Below are positions 21,681 through 31,307 of a DNA stretch of 64,000 nucleotides, one piece after another. The stretch comes from an uncultured Acidobacteriota bacterium (GTDB lineage: Bacteria; Acidobacteriota; Vicinamibacteria; Vicinamibacterales; UBA2999). The stretch covers positions 41,490 to 105,489 of the forward strand of contig CAVYZF010000014.1 of the NCBI GenBank assembly GCA_963772955.1, given 5' to 3'. The position numbers and the translations under genes are program-made. The notes below the pieces were generated by a model. That model ran no database searches. It saw only the letters and a program-made list of their open reading frames with translations, and had not been told where the DNA came from. Position 1 is the first letter of the stretch; each line of letters opens with the position of its first letter.

Positions 21681-22699
21681 GCAAACTGAAGATCGTCGTT
21701 CTGTACGACCGGGTCCTCGTTGACGAAGCCGACGAGCAGACGGCGACGACCGACAAGTCGCCCGTTGTGCGTACCCTCGACAAGAAAGAGGTCGAGGAAG
21801 AAGTGGCCGACGCCCTGACGAAGCTGGGTCACGAGCCGACGATGCACGAGCTCGATGGGACGCCAAAGAGTCTGCTGGCGCTCGCCCGCCTCGAATGCGA
21901 TCTGATCTTCAACCTGACAGAGTCGTTTGCCGACGATGACACAGCGGATTTCAAGATCGCCGGCTTCCTCGAGTTGATTGGGAAGAAGTACACGGGATCG
22001 GGCACGCACGGCTTGATGCTGGCGCAGGACAAGGCGATCGCGAAGAAGATCTTCTCGTTCCACGGCATCCACACGCCGGTCTTCGCGAAGTCGTTCCGTG
22101 GACGCCTCGATTTTTCGCACGACTTGCAGTTCCCCGTGATCGTCAAGCCGGCGCGCGAAGACGGATCGATCGGCATCGAGTTCAGCGCAGTCGTGAGCTC
22201 GATCCGCGAGCTGATGGAACGGATGGACTGGCTGCACGCCAACTTCGACTCGCCGGTGCTCATTGAGGAGTACATCGAAGGGCGCGAGATGTACGTCGGG
22301 GTCATCGGCAACGACAAGCCCGAAGCGCTGCCGGTCGTGGAGCTCGATCTGTCGAAGTTACCCGATGGAACGCCCCGAATTGCCGCGGCAGAAGTGAAGT
22401 GGGGCAAAGGCACGAAGGCGTATCGCGACACCAAGTCCGCGGTCGCCACCGACCTGCCTGAAGAGACGGTGACGGCCCTGCAGCAGACGGCGGTCGCCGC
22501 ATATCAGGCTCTTGAACTGAGGGATTACGGTCGCGTGGACATGCGGCTGCAGACCGATGGCCGCGTGCACGTCATCGAGGTCAATCCCAATCCCTGGCTA
22601 AGTTCGAAGGCAGAATTCGCCATGGCCGCGCGCAAGTCCGGGCGCAACTACCCGCAACTCGTCGAAGAGATCGTCGAGCTCGCCATGGCGCGCGCTTAA
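21677..22699 (+). CDS. D-alanine--D-alanine ligase family ATP-grasp protein
   Basis: FPVIVKPAREDGSIGI, EEYIEGREMYV, RVDMRL..VIEVNPNP. ATGA overlap with the upstream gene. Confidence 0.8.
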   Translation: MSKLKIVVLYDRVLVDEADEQTATTDKSPVVRTLDKKEVEEEVADALTKLGHEPTMHELDGTPKSLLALARLECDLIFNLTESFADDDTADFKIAGFLELIGKKYTGSGTHGLMLAQDKAIAKKIFSFHGIHTPVFAKSFRGRLDFSHDLQFPVIVKPAREDGSIGIEFSAVVSSIRELMERMDWLHANFDSPVLIEEYIEGREMYVGVIGNDKPEALPVVELDLSKLPDGTPRIAAAEVKWGKGTKAYRDTKSAVATDLPEETVTALQQTAVAAYQALELRDYGRVDMRLQTDGRVHVIEVNPNPWLSSKAEFAMAARKSGRNYPQLVEEIVELAMARA

Positions 22700-23394
22700 G
22701 GACGCACCTTTCCGTCTGTCGTCCAGAGGTAAAGCGTTCGTGACGTTCCGTTCGCGTCCCTGAACGTGTCAACGACCTCAGGCTCCCAGTCACCCATCGC
22801 GAAGCTGTGTGACACGATCCGGGCACCCCGGTGTAGCTGTCGCGTGAGGATTGGGCGAAGCTTCACGTTCGACGCCGATAGCAAGTAGAGCGTCACGACG
22901 GTTGCATCGGATAGGTCCACTGTCATCGCATCCTGGATCAGAAACTTCACGCGCCGATCGACACCAGCCGCTTTCGCGTTGGCTTCAGCCTGGTTGATCA
23001 AGTTGGCATCGATATCGACGCCGACGCCTCGTGCGCCGAACTTCTGCGCCGCCGTGATGACGATGCGGCCGTCGCCGCATCCGAGGTCGTAGACCACGTC
23101 GCGTGGACCTACTTTCGCGAGGGTGAGCATTCGCTCCACGACATCGCCTGGTGTTGGAACGTAAGGAGCGAGGCTCCGGCCTTGCGCTGTGATTGGTGGC
23201 AACTGCAGCAGCAGCGCGATGCCTGTAAGCACAGCCGTAAGCTGGAGTTCATGCCGTCCGAGTCGAGACACGCGCGGATTGTACTCCCGGGGAGACAGTC
23301 GTCGGCCCGATTCCGCTGATTTACTCAAGTCCTGAAGTACGAATGGTTTAGCCACGAGTGGCCGTGGGAGGTTGAACAGAAGTCTACCGCTCAA
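22696..23394 (-). CDS. Class I SAM-dependent methyltransferase with N-terminal hydrophobic/signal segment
   Basis: VYDLGCGDGRIVITAA (motif I) and VGVDID. LQLTAVLTGIALLLQLPPITAQG suggests export or anchoring. Start is ambiguous (TTG 23394 or GTG 23271). Confidence 0.75.
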   Translation of the reverse strand: MSGRLLFNLPRPLVAKPFVLQDLSKSAESGRRLSPREYNPRVSRLGRHELQLTAVLTGIALLLQLPPITAQGRSLAPYVPTPGDVVERMLTLAKVGPRDVVYDLGCGDGRIVITAAQKFGARGVGVDIDANLINQAEANAKAAGVDRRVKFLIQDAMTVDLSDATVVTLYLLSASNVKLRPILTRQLHRGARIVSHSFAMGDWEPEVVDTFRDANGTSRTLYLWTTDGKVRP

Positions 23395-23410
23395 CGGGCA
23401 TTTGCCGGGT

Positions 23411-23447
23411 CCGAAATGCCGAAATAGGGTGTTTTTCGGGCATTTTC
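23411..23447. repeat. Small heptad-type inverted repeat in the MTase/carD divergent region
   Basis: ccgaaatgccgaaat ... tttttcgggcatttt; aaatgccgaaa pairs with tttcgg(g)cattt with one bulge. Confidence 0.4.
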
Positions 23448-23449
23448 CG

Positions 23450-23479
23450 TTGATTCTGTTGGGGCGGGTGGGCTATACT
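23450..23479 (+). promoter_or_regulatory. Candidate sigma70-type promoter for carD
   Basis: TTGATT (23450-23455), 18-nt spacer, TATACT (23474-23479), about 60 nt upstream of GTG 23538. Confidence 0.4.
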
Positions 23480-23537
23480 CGTGGGTGCTGTTCCCAGCGT
23501 AAGCCGCTACTACCAACCTTCCTGCAACGGGGGAAAC

Positions 23538-24140
23538 GTGACATTCCAGCTTGGTGACAAGGTCATCTACCCGAATCATGGGCTCGGCATCGTCGAACGG
23601 GTTGAGGAAAAAACGATTCTCGGAACCACTTGCGGATTCTTTCATCTACGTATCGTCGCCAATGACACGACGGTACTCGTGCCCGTCGCCAATGTCGACA
23701 ACGTAGGGTTGCGCAAAGCCATTTCGGATGAAGAAGTCGAGCGACTGTTCACCTTGCTGAGTGACGGGAAGATCGACAACCACCAGAATTGGAAGGGTCG
23801 ATTCAAGGACAATTCGGACAAGATGCGAACCGGCTCGATCTACGACATGGCCGACGTGCTCAAGAGTCTCACGTTCCTGAGCAAGTCGAAGAGCCTGTCG
23901 TTCCGCGAGAAGCGCATGCTCGACAGGGCCAAGGCACTCATCGTCTCGGAAGTTTCAGAGGTGATGCGTGAGAAGGCCCCGGACATTGAGACGAGAGTCG
24001 ATCACGCATTGGAGAAATGCTTCGTCGTGAAGGCGCGCAACGTCGCCAGAGCCACGGCCCGTGCCAAGGTGGTGAAGGCGGTCAAGGCGCCGATGGTCGT
24101 GGCCGCTGCCGCGGCTGCGCGACGAGCCCGAGCTTCGTAG
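23538..24140 (+). CDS. carD: CarD/CdnL family RNA-polymerase-binding transcription factor
   Basis: VTFQLGDKVIYPNHGLGIVERVEEK..HLRI matches the CarD_CdnL_TRCF domain. Ala/Lys/Arg-rich tail. GTG 23538 is in frame with ORF 23481. Confidence 0.85.
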   Translation: MTFQLGDKVIYPNHGLGIVERVEEKTILGTTCGFFHLRIVANDTTVLVPVANVDNVGLRKAISDEEVERLFTLLSDGKIDNHQNWKGRFKDNSDKMRTGSIYDMADVLKSLTFLSKSKSLSFREKRMLDRAKALIVSEVSEVMREKAPDIETRVDHALEKCFVVKARNVARATARAKVVKAVKAPMVVAAAAAARRARAS

Positions 24141-24167
24141 TCACCTTCGCCGATAGCCTTCTTCGCA

Positions 24168-24198
24168 CGCCCGGACTGCCCGTCCGGGCGCTTTTTTT
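24168..24198 (+). terminator. Rho-independent terminator after carD
   Basis: cgcccggac (24168-24176) pairs with gtccgggcg (24182-24190), followed by a T7 run (24192-24198). Confidence 0.8.
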
Positions 24199-24231
24199 GT
24201 ACAGGCGAATCCCGATTATCGTAGCCCGTCG

Positions 24232-24936
24232 ATGATAAATGCCGTCCGTTCGGTCGTCGCCTACCTCCTGACCACCGCCTACATTGTGATCGTCGGCCCC
24301 GTGGCCCTCGTCCTCGGCGGAATCCTTCGATGGGAAGGTGGCCTGTATGCGCTGGGGCACTGCGGCGTCTGGCTCGCGTTGGCGCTTGCGGGGATCAGAT
24401 ATCGCGTGATCGGGTTCGAACGCGTGCCATCGACCTCGGTCGTCTTCTGCTCGAATCACGAAAGCAACGTCGATCCTCCAGTGCTCTTCAAGGTACTGCA
24501 CCGGCGGCTGCGAGTTCTGTACAAGGCGGAGCTCCGCCGATTTCCTTTGATGGGCATCATCTTCGACGTCGGAGGATTCGTCCCGGTGGAACGGGGCGAT
24601 CGCGACAAGAGTCTTGCGGCGATTTCGCGCGGCGCGGCCTCCCTCAAATCAGGGAACTCCTTCCTGATCTTTCCTGAAGGGACACGCAGCCGTACGGGTC
24701 AGCTCCTGCCATTCAAGAAGGGCGGGTTCATCATGGCCATAGAGGCACAGGTGCCGATCGTCCCTGTTGCCGTGCATGGCGGCCGCAATGCGATGAGGAA
24801 AGGGAGCGCATTCGTGCAGCCGGTGACGGTCACAGTCCGCATAGGCGCGCCGATTCCGACGGCCGGGTTGACCATGGCCGACCGGGACTCGCTCATAACG
24901 CGGGTGCGAACCGACATCCGGGCCCTGTTGGAGTAG
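24232..24936 (+). CDS. plsC: 1-acyl-sn-glycerol-3-phosphate acyltransferase
   Basis: NHESNVDPP (HX4D) and FPEGTRS motifs. Confidence 0.85.
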   Translation: MINAVRSVVAYLLTTAYIVIVGPVALVLGGILRWEGGLYALGHCGVWLALALAGIRYRVIGFERVPSTSVVFCSNHESNVDPPVLFKVLHRRLRVLYKAELRRFPLMGIIFDVGGFVPVERGDRDKSLAAISRGAASLKSGNSFLIFPEGTRSRTGQLLPFKKGGFIMAIEAQVPIVPVAVHGGRNAMRKGSAFVQPVTVTVRIGAPIPTAGLTMADRDSLITRVRTDIRALLE

Positions 24937-24969
24937 ACTTCCCATTGCCAGCCTGCCGTCGGGGTATCT

Positions 24970-27003
24970 GTGTCTCGACTTTGTGTTGTTTCCCTGCTCG
25001 TGCTGACGGCGGTCGTCCTGCAGGCCCAGGACCAGCCGACATTCAGAACCGGGGCGAACTACGTCCGTGTGGACATGTACGCCAGCGTCGACGGCAAGAG
25101 CATCGAGGACCTCACCGCTGAAGAAATAGAAGTACTCGAAGACGGTGCGCCCCAGAAGGTCGAAGCGTTCGAGCACGTCCAGGTACGACCTGCCGGTCCA
25201 CAGGAATCCCGCCGCGAGCCCACCACGGTCGAGCAGAGCCGCCAGATGGCTGCGGAGGGACGAGCCCGCGTATTCGTCATCTTCCTGGACACCTATCACA
25301 CGAGCATCGAAGGCTCCGCCAACATGCGGCTGCCACTCATCAAGTTCATCGATCGTCTGCTCGGACCTGATGACATGGTCGCGCTGATGACACCCGAGAT
25401 GGGGGCGAGCGAGATTGCGCTCGGCCGCAAGACCACTGTCATTTCCAACATCATGCAGGCACAGTGGATGTGGGGACGCAAGGGTCGGCTGGTGGACGAT
25501 GACCCGAAGGAGCAGTTGTACCAGGAGTGTTACGGCATTGGCGCCATGGTGAACGAGATGAAGGCGCGCCGGCGCGAGAAGCTGACGCTCGATGCGCTCT
25601 CAGATCTGATGGTGCACCTGGCCGGTGTCCGTGAAGAGCGCAAAGCGCTCGTGGTTGTCTCGGAAGGCTGGCAGCTATTCCACTCGAACCCGAGCCTGAC
25701 CGCTGGCGACGATGCAAGCAGTCGCGTCCGGCCCGAAGACGTCCTGAAGCGGTCGCCGCGTCCGTCGCCAAGCGACAGCGGAACGAGCACCGCGCCGAGC
25801 AGTCGCGCCGAATGCGAAGCCGATCGTGTGGCTCTCGCGTCTCTCGATCACACTCAGCGCCTGCGTGAGATCACGGACGAGGCGAATCGAGGCAACGTCA
25901 CGTTCTACCCGGTCTATGCGAGAGGCCTGGTCGCGTTCGACGCGCCTGTCGGCCCGGACAAGCCGCCCTCGATACGTGATGACCAGGCGAATCTGCGCGT
26001 GAAGCAGGATGGCCTTCGCTTTCTGGCCGACAACACCGACGGGACCTCGATTATCAACACCAACAACATCGACGGGATGCTTCAGCGCATCGTCGATGAC
26101 GTGTCCTCCTATTACCTGTTCGGTTACTACTCGACGAACACGAAGCTCGATGGCCGATTCAGGAACATCATTGTTCGCGTCAAGCGGCAGGGCGTGAAGG
26201 TGCGCGCGCGGCGCGGATATCGAGGGCGAACGGCGGACGAACTGATTAGCAGCGCGGCGGGAGCGGCTGCAACCGAGGCAGCGAACACCCTCACCACCGC
26301 GTTGACGCCGGTCGTCGCCTTCAATGCACGCTCGCAGTTCCGCATCCGCACGTCGTCCTGGGCGAAGGAGGCGAGCGGAAGTGATCCTGCCGGGGGCGCC
26401 TTCTGGGTCGTCGGAGAACTGGACTACAAAACACGGCGCGAGTTGGCGTGGACAGCGACGGCGAAGGCAGATGTGGTGATCCTCGCTTCGGACGGGAGCG
26501 AAGTGATGTCGCGGTCGATTGATGTGAAGACCGACGATGGTCCGTTCAGCTTTTCAGTGCCCGATTCAGGCGGCCTGCCCGCCGGCGAGTACGCCGTTCG
26601 TGTACGGCTCACATCGACCGCGGACAGCTCGCTTGCGTTGAGCGACACGGCGAGAGTCGTTCTCAATCCCAGCCTGGCGCTGGGTGAAGCGGTCATGTGG
26701 CGTCGCGGGCCAACCACGGGACTTCAGCACAGGCGTACGGCCGATCCCCGGTTCCAGCGCAGCGATCGGTTGCGCTTCGAATACGCGACCACGCGTTCGG
26801 ATCCCCCGAAGGCACGATTGCTGGATCGCAACGGCAATCCGCTCAGTGTCCCGGTGCAGGTGAGTGAGCGTCCGGACCAGCCCGGTAACTTCCAGTGGAT
26901 CGTTGTGGACGCGACACTCGCTCCGTTTGCACCTGGTGACTACGCGATCGAAGTGACGCAGGGGACAGCGAAGCAGGTTACGGGGTTTCGGATCGTTCCC
27001 TGA
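24970..27003 (+). CDS. Secreted VWFA-related acidobacterial-type protein
   Basis: Signal peptide. N-terminal FRTGANYVRVDMYASVDGKSIEDLTAEEIEVLEDGAPQKVEAFEH pattern, recalled from the VWFA-related Acidobacterial domain family. GTG start. Confidence 0.7.
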   Translation: MSRLCVVSLLVLTAVVLQAQDQPTFRTGANYVRVDMYASVDGKSIEDLTAEEIEVLEDGAPQKVEAFEHVQVRPAGPQESRREPTTVEQSRQMAAEGRARVFVIFLDTYHTSIEGSANMRLPLIKFIDRLLGPDDMVALMTPEMGASEIALGRKTTVISNIMQAQWMWGRKGRLVDDDPKEQLYQECYGIGAMVNEMKARRREKLTLDALSDLMVHLAGVREERKALVVVSEGWQLFHSNPSLTAGDDASSRVRPEDVLKRSPRPSPSDSGTSTAPSSRAECEADRVALASLDHTQRLREITDEANRGNVTFYPVYARGLVAFDAPVGPDKPPSIRDDQANLRVKQDGLRFLADNTDGTSIINTNNIDGMLQRIVDDVSSYYLFGYYSTNTKLDGRFRNIIVRVKRQGVKVRARRGYRGRTADELISSAAGAAATEAANTLTTALTPVVAFNARSQFRIRTSSWAKEASGSDPAGGAFWVVGELDYKTRRELAWTATAKADVVILASDGSEVMSRSIDVKTDDGPFSFSVPDSGGLPAGEYAVRVRLTSTADSSLALSDTARVVLNPSLALGEAVMWRRGPTTGLQHRRTADPRFQRSDRLRFEYATTRSDPPKARLLDRNGNPLSVPVQVSERPDQPGNFQWIVVDATLAPFAPGDYAIEVTQGTAKQVTGFRIVP

Positions 27004-27070
27004 CGGCTGGTGGGTGGTAGGTGGCAAGAGAACCAACCACCAACCACGAACCACGAACCACTAACCACCT
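27004..27070. repeat. Heptad palindrome (GGTRGGT x3 / CNAACCA x5) between convergent genes
   Basis: cggctggtgggtggtaggtgg - caagagaa - ccaaccaccaaccacgaaccacgaaccactaaccacct. The right arm supplies the last codons GG-stop of the minus-strand gene. Confidence 0.8.
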
Positions 27071-28146
27071 ACAGAGAAGGTCACCGTCCACGGCTTGAAC
27101 GGCGCGCCGTCGAATCCCTTGAGGCCGTCGAGAACCTCCACCTTGACGGTTCGAAACGGCTGCAGCGGCTTTGCGAACGTGATCACAATCGCTCGGTTGG
27201 CTGCGTCATATGCCGACTTGAAGTCGAGCGTGCCTTCGACTCCAACATAGCTCACACGAATGTTCCCGGCGATTGTGCTCTCGTTCACTCCGCGAGAGAA
27301 CTGAACACGAACCGGCGATGAACCGGTCACGTCGGTTTCTCCGTCGGTCGGCGAGCTGAATACGACCTCGAGCGGGGTCAGCGGCACAGGAGGCGCGCTT
27401 GGCTCGTCGGACGCGACCACTTGCGGCGCCTTCGTAAGGGACACCCGCGTGGCCTTCAAAGTGACAAGGCCCTTCTCACGCACGACCGTGCCAGTCACTT
27501 CGAGCCAGCGATCCGTATCGACTCTCCGATTGATGTCGAGGTCGAATCCCTTTCCTTGTGGACGTACGTCGGTGACCCAGAGTGCGCCTTCGGTGCCGCG
27601 AAGGACGAAGTCGTACTTGCTCTTGCCAGGCGCGCCTGGCAGGTCGCCGTACAAGTTGCGGCCACGAAAGTTTCCGGAGATGGTGACGGTCTGACCGTCG
27701 TAACGCCACGGTTCGATCGCGATCGATTTGACCGTCGCACCTGCGACCGGCTGTGTTTCCGACGTTGCGCTGATGCGAACGATCAACTCCTCGCCCGGTC
27801 GTGGCCACTTGCCCTGCTCGCGACCGTCGTTGAAACCTCCAACGCGAGGATCACCTTCCTCGAGACGTCCAACATCGAGGAAGAGGCCGCGCGCGTCGAC
27901 GACGCCGTTTGGCGTGTTGACGCCGTCGTCGAGGAACACCCGCACTTCGTGTTCGTCGGCACGGAGGAACATCCTTGTTCCTTCAGTAGCAAGCTCTCCG
28001 CGCACGAGCACGTTTTGCAGGTGATAGAAGCCGGGATATTGACGAAGCGCGTCGACCGTAGTCAGGCGGCGGGTGTTGGTCTGGGCATCAGCGGCGGTGA
28101 CCAGAAGGAGAGCGAGGAAGAGTGCACGAGTAACCCGCCGAATCAC
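27061..28146 (-). CDS. Secreted hypothetical protein with C-terminal bacterial Ig-like (SbsA/Big_5-like) domain
   Basis: Signal peptide MIRRVTRALFLALLLVTAADAQ. C-terminal LEVVFSSPTDGETDVTGSSPVRVQFSRGVNESTI. Confidence 0.55.
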   Translation of the reverse strand: MIRRVTRALFLALLLVTAADAQTNTRRLTTVDALRQYPGFYHLQNVLVRGELATEGTRMFLRADEHEVRVFLDDGVNTPNGVVDARGLFLDVGRLEEGDPRVGGFNDGREQGKWPRPGEELIVRISATSETQPVAGATVKSIAIEPWRYDGQTVTISGNFRGRNLYGDLPGAPGKSKYDFVLRGTEGALWVTDVRPQGKGFDLDINRRVDTDRWLEVTGTVVREKGLVTLKATRVSLTKAPQVVASDEPSAPPVPLTPLEVVFSSPTDGETDVTGSSPVRVQFSRGVNESTIAGNIRVSYVGVEGTLDFKSAYDAANRAIVITFAKPLQPFRTVKVEVLDGLKGFDGAPFKPWTVTFSVGG

Positions 28147-28150
28147 TCCT

Positions 28151-30133
28151 TCATTCTACTTTGCGCATCGCCATGCGGGACACGATGACTGCCAACGCAA
28201 AGAACAGGAGAGCACCGGCGATCTGGCCCAGCGCCGTTTCCTCATGCAGGGCCGGAATGAGATTCCCGACTGACTGAAACGGTTCGATTGAGCCGGTTCC
28301 GACGAGGATCGCGAAGAGGATGCCCGCAATCGAGCCGCCCGCGATGAGCCCCGAGCTGAAGAGGGTGCCGGCGCTGACCTCAGATTCCTGCGCGACGCCG
28401 GCCTTCCGCTCGACCCACCACCGAACGAGGCCGCCGGCGAAAATCGGCGCCGTCGTTGCGATTGGCAGATAGGAGCCCACCGCAAACGAGAGCGAGTGAA
28501 TCCCGCACAGCTCGAGCGTGACGGACACGAACACGCCGACGAGCACGAGGCCCCACGGCAGGTTCTGATTCAACAGCCCTTTGATGATCGTCGCCATCAG
28601 CGTCGCCTGCGGCGCAGGGACATCCGCCGATCCGATTCCAAACACTTGATGCATGTAAATCGTCGTGATCGCGATAACCGACGCCGAGACGAGCACGCCG
28701 ACGATGAGGCCCATCTGCTGGTAGAAGGGTGTCGCGCCAACGAGGTAACCCGTCTTCAAGTCCTGTGATGTGTTGCCGGCGTTTGCGGCGGCGATACAGA
28801 CGATGGCTCCGACGGAAAGTGCGATTGGCGCATACGCGTCACCGGTCCATCCGAGAGCTACGAACAACAGGCAGGTCAGGATCAGTGTCGCGATCGTCAT
28901 CCCTGAGATTGGGTTCGACGATGATCCAATCAGGCCTGTGATGCGTGAGGAGACCGTTGCGAAGAAGAAGCCGAAGATCAGGATGAGGACAGCGGCGATG
29001 ATGTTGCCCTGGCTCGGCAGCCCAGGCATGACGGTGAGGAAGATGGCCAGCAGCAGTGAACCGCCGAGGACGATCGCCATTGGGACGTCGCGTTCGGTTC
29101 GCGTCTGTGTACCCTGACCGACACCAGCGGACAGATCCCTGAAGCTACCGCGTGCCGACGACACGATGGTTGGGATCGTGCGCGCCAGAGTGATGAGACC
29201 AGAGGCGAGCACCGCTCCCGCACCGATGTAACGGATGTAGGCGCTCCACAGTTGGCCGGGGCTCATCTCGGAAATCAGGAACGGCCGGCCGGTGGCCGGG
29301 TTGTTCGCGAAGTTCGGATGAATCGGGGGGAACGGTTCAGTGATGAAGCTGCCGAGGATCGAGAGCAGCGGCAGAAATACCAGCCATGAGAGCACGCCGC
29401 CGGCGACCATCGTTCCGGCGATTCGTGGTCCGATCACGTAGCCGACGCCGAGATACTCTGGAGAGAGGTCGACGTTCAACGTCGCGTTCGGAAACTGACT
29501 CGTGCGCGCGGTGGAGTAGCCGATCTCCGTGCGGAATAGATTGAAGATCCACGACAGCGACTTCCACAACGCCCCGATTCCGAGCCCGCCGAAGACCATC
29601 GACGCCAGCTTGCCGCCGCGCTCACCGGCGACGAGAACTTCGGCGCACGCGGTGCCTTCGGGGTACGGGAGCACGCCGTGCTCCTTGACGATCAGCGCGC
29701 GGCGCAACGGGACCATCATCAGCACGCCAAGGATGCCGCCGGCAAACGTCAGCATCGTGATCTGGACGTAGTTGAAATAGCTGGGACCGTTCGGCGTCAG
29801 GAAGATGAGAGCGGGAATGGTAAAGACGACGCCCCCCGCGAGCGATTCGCCCGCGGATCCGATCGTCTGCACGATGTTGTTCTCGAGAATCGACGACCCG
29901 CCAAGCCGTTTGAGTACTGAGATTGCGAGCACCGCGATCGGAATCGAGGCACCGACGGTGAGCCCGGCACGCAACCCGAGATAAACCGTCGACGCTCCAA
30001 ACAGCAGCCCGAAGAGAGACCCCAGAATCACCGCCCTGATCGTGAATTCCGGCAGCGAACGGGACGCCGGGACGTACGGCTGAAACGTGCTCGAATCGCG
30101 CGTTTCGGGTCGATTCACGGGGCCATGTGCCAT
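28151..30133 (-). CDS. OPT family oligopeptide transporter
   Basis: About 660 aa polytopic protein from ATG 30131-30133. FQPYVPASRSLPEFTIRAVILGSLFGLLFGASTVYLGLRAGLT is a typical OPT N-terminus. Confidence 0.85.
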   Translation of the reverse strand: MAHGPVNRPETRDSSTFQPYVPASRSLPEFTIRAVILGSLFGLLFGASTVYLGLRAGLTVGASIPIAVLAISVLKRLGGSSILENNIVQTIGSAGESLAGGVVFTIPALIFLTPNGPSYFNYVQITMLTFAGGILGVLMMVPLRRALIVKEHGVLPYPEGTACAEVLVAGERGGKLASMVFGGLGIGALWKSLSWIFNLFRTEIGYSTARTSQFPNATLNVDLSPEYLGVGYVIGPRIAGTMVAGGVLSWLVFLPLLSILGSFITEPFPPIHPNFANNPATGRPFLISEMSPGQLWSAYIRYIGAGAVLASGLITLARTIPTIVSSARGSFRDLSAGVGQGTQTRTERDVPMAIVLGGSLLLAIFLTVMPGLPSQGNIIAAVLILIFGFFFATVSSRITGLIGSSSNPISGMTIATLILTCLLFVALGWTGDAYAPIALSVGAIVCIAAANAGNTSQDLKTGYLVGATPFYQQMGLIVGVLVSASVIAITTIYMHQVFGIGSADVPAPQATLMATIIKGLLNQNLPWGLVLVGVFVSVTLELCGIHSLSFAVGSYLPIATTAPIFAGGLVRWWVERKAGVAQESEVSAGTLFSSGLIAGGSIAGILFAILVGTGSIEPFQSVGNLIPALHEETALGQIAGALLFFALAVIVSRMAMRKVE

Positions 30134-30819
30134 GGCGCGTGATGGTAGCATTGAACCTTGTGAATCGGTTGAACAAGCGCAGGCAGGCACCCGAACAGGT
30201 CTCGGAACTCACGACAAATCGCCTCTCCGTGTACCTCAGGTGTCTCAATGAGCTGGATGCGACCGGAGTGCAGTCGATCTCGTCTCAGTCGCTGGCCGAA
30301 CGCTATCAGCTCAACGCTGCGCAGATTCGCAAGGACCTCGCGTACTTCGGTGAGTTCGGCGTCCGGGGTGTCGGCTACTACGTCAAGGATCTCCGTCGCC
30401 ATCTCCGGCAGATCCTCGGACTCGATCGACACCTGCGTGTCGCGATCATGGGCGCAGGCAATCTCGGTCTCGCGCTCGCAGACTACCCGGGGTTTCGACA
30501 GGAAGGATTCGAGATCGCGGCGCTCTTCGACGCGGCAAACGAAAAGATCGGTCACGAGTCCCGCACTGGCGTGCCGATCTACGACATCAAGGAGCTCAAA
30601 CGGATCGTTCGTCGCGAGCGCCTGGACATCGCCGTCATCGCCGTTCCGGCCCCGCATGCGCAGCCCGTCGTGGAGCAGGTCGTGACTGCCGGAATCAAAG
30701 CCATCCTCAACTTCTCGCCGGGAGCATTGAAGGTGCCACAGGATGTCAAGCTCAAGAGCGTCGATCTGACCGTGTCGCTCGAGAGCCTGTCGTTCTATCT
30801 GGCACAGGGAGAGCAATAG
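30127..30819 (+). CDS. rex: Redox-sensing transcriptional repressor Rex
   Basis: [49 protein letters not shown]. The true start is probably GTG 30160 or TTG 30169 rather than 30127. Confidence 0.85.
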   Translation: MPWRVMVALNLVNRLNKRRQAPEQVSELTTNRLSVYLRCLNELDATGVQSISSQSLAERYQLNAAQIRKDLAYFGEFGVRGVGYYVKDLRRHLRQILGLDRHLRVAIMGAGNLGLALADYPGFRQEGFEIAALFDAANEKIGHESRTGVPIYDIKELKRIVRRERLDIAVIAVPAPHAQPVVEQVVTAGIKAILNFSPGALKVPQDVKLKSVDLTVSLESLSFYLAQGEQ

Positions 30820-30820
30820 C

Positions 30821-31303
30821 GTGGCGAAGCTCTCGCACCTCGACGCGAAAGGGAAGGCGCGGATGGTCGATGTCGGCAACAAGCCGGTCACCGCGCGTGA
30901 AGCCCTGGCTCGCGGCGAGATCACGATGAGCGCCACAGCGCTTCGCCTCATCCGAACGGGAGCGCTTGCGAAGGGCGATCCGCTCCAGGTCGCTCGGCTC
31001 GCGGGCATCATGGCCGCGAAGAAGACAGCGGAATTGATCCCGTTGTGTCATCCGCTGCCGTTGACGCACGTGAGCGTCGAACTGACCGGGATCCGCCGCG
31101 GGTATCGCATCGAGGCACGCGTGCGGACCTCGAGCCAGACCGGCGTGGAGATGGAAGCGCTGACCGCGGTTGCGGTCGCGGCCCTCACCATCTACGACAT
31201 GGCCAAGGCCGTCGACAAGGCAATGGTCATCGGAGCCATCTGTCTGATCGAGAAGAAGGGTGGACGCTCCGGTCACTACGTGCGGAAGAAGGCTCGGGCC
31301 TGA
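30821..31303 (+). CDS. moaC: Cyclic pyranopterin monophosphate synthase
   Basis: [30 protein letters not shown] start 30821. Confidence 0.9.
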   Translation: MAKLSHLDAKGKARMVDVGNKPVTAREALARGEITMSATALRLIRTGALAKGDPLQVARLAGIMAAKKTAELIPLCHPLPLTHVSVELTGIRRGYRIEARVRTSSQTGVEMEALTAVAVAALTIYDMAKAVDKAMVIGAICLIEKKGGRSGHYVRKKARA

Positions 31304-31307
31304 TCGG

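Noticed and set aside
20784-21866. Long antisense ORFs opposite well-supported genes, for example 20784..21866(-), 30115..31011(-), 31227..32066(-), 40300..41421(-), 45569..46669(+), 47729..48895(-), 48980..50338(-), 15001..15822(-), 55548..56504(+).
   Set aside because: Their products are Arg/Ala/Pro/Gly-rich with no recognisable motifs, which is typical of shadow ORFs in high-GC DNA. In each case the opposite strand encodes a protein with clear family motifs.
30158-30176. Candidate Rex operator TTGTGAATCGGTTGAACAA at the rex/OPT divergent start region.
   Set aside because: Only the left half matches TTGTGAA. The right half TTGAACAA deviates from TTCACAA, and the site overlaps possible rex start codons, so the evidence is too weak.
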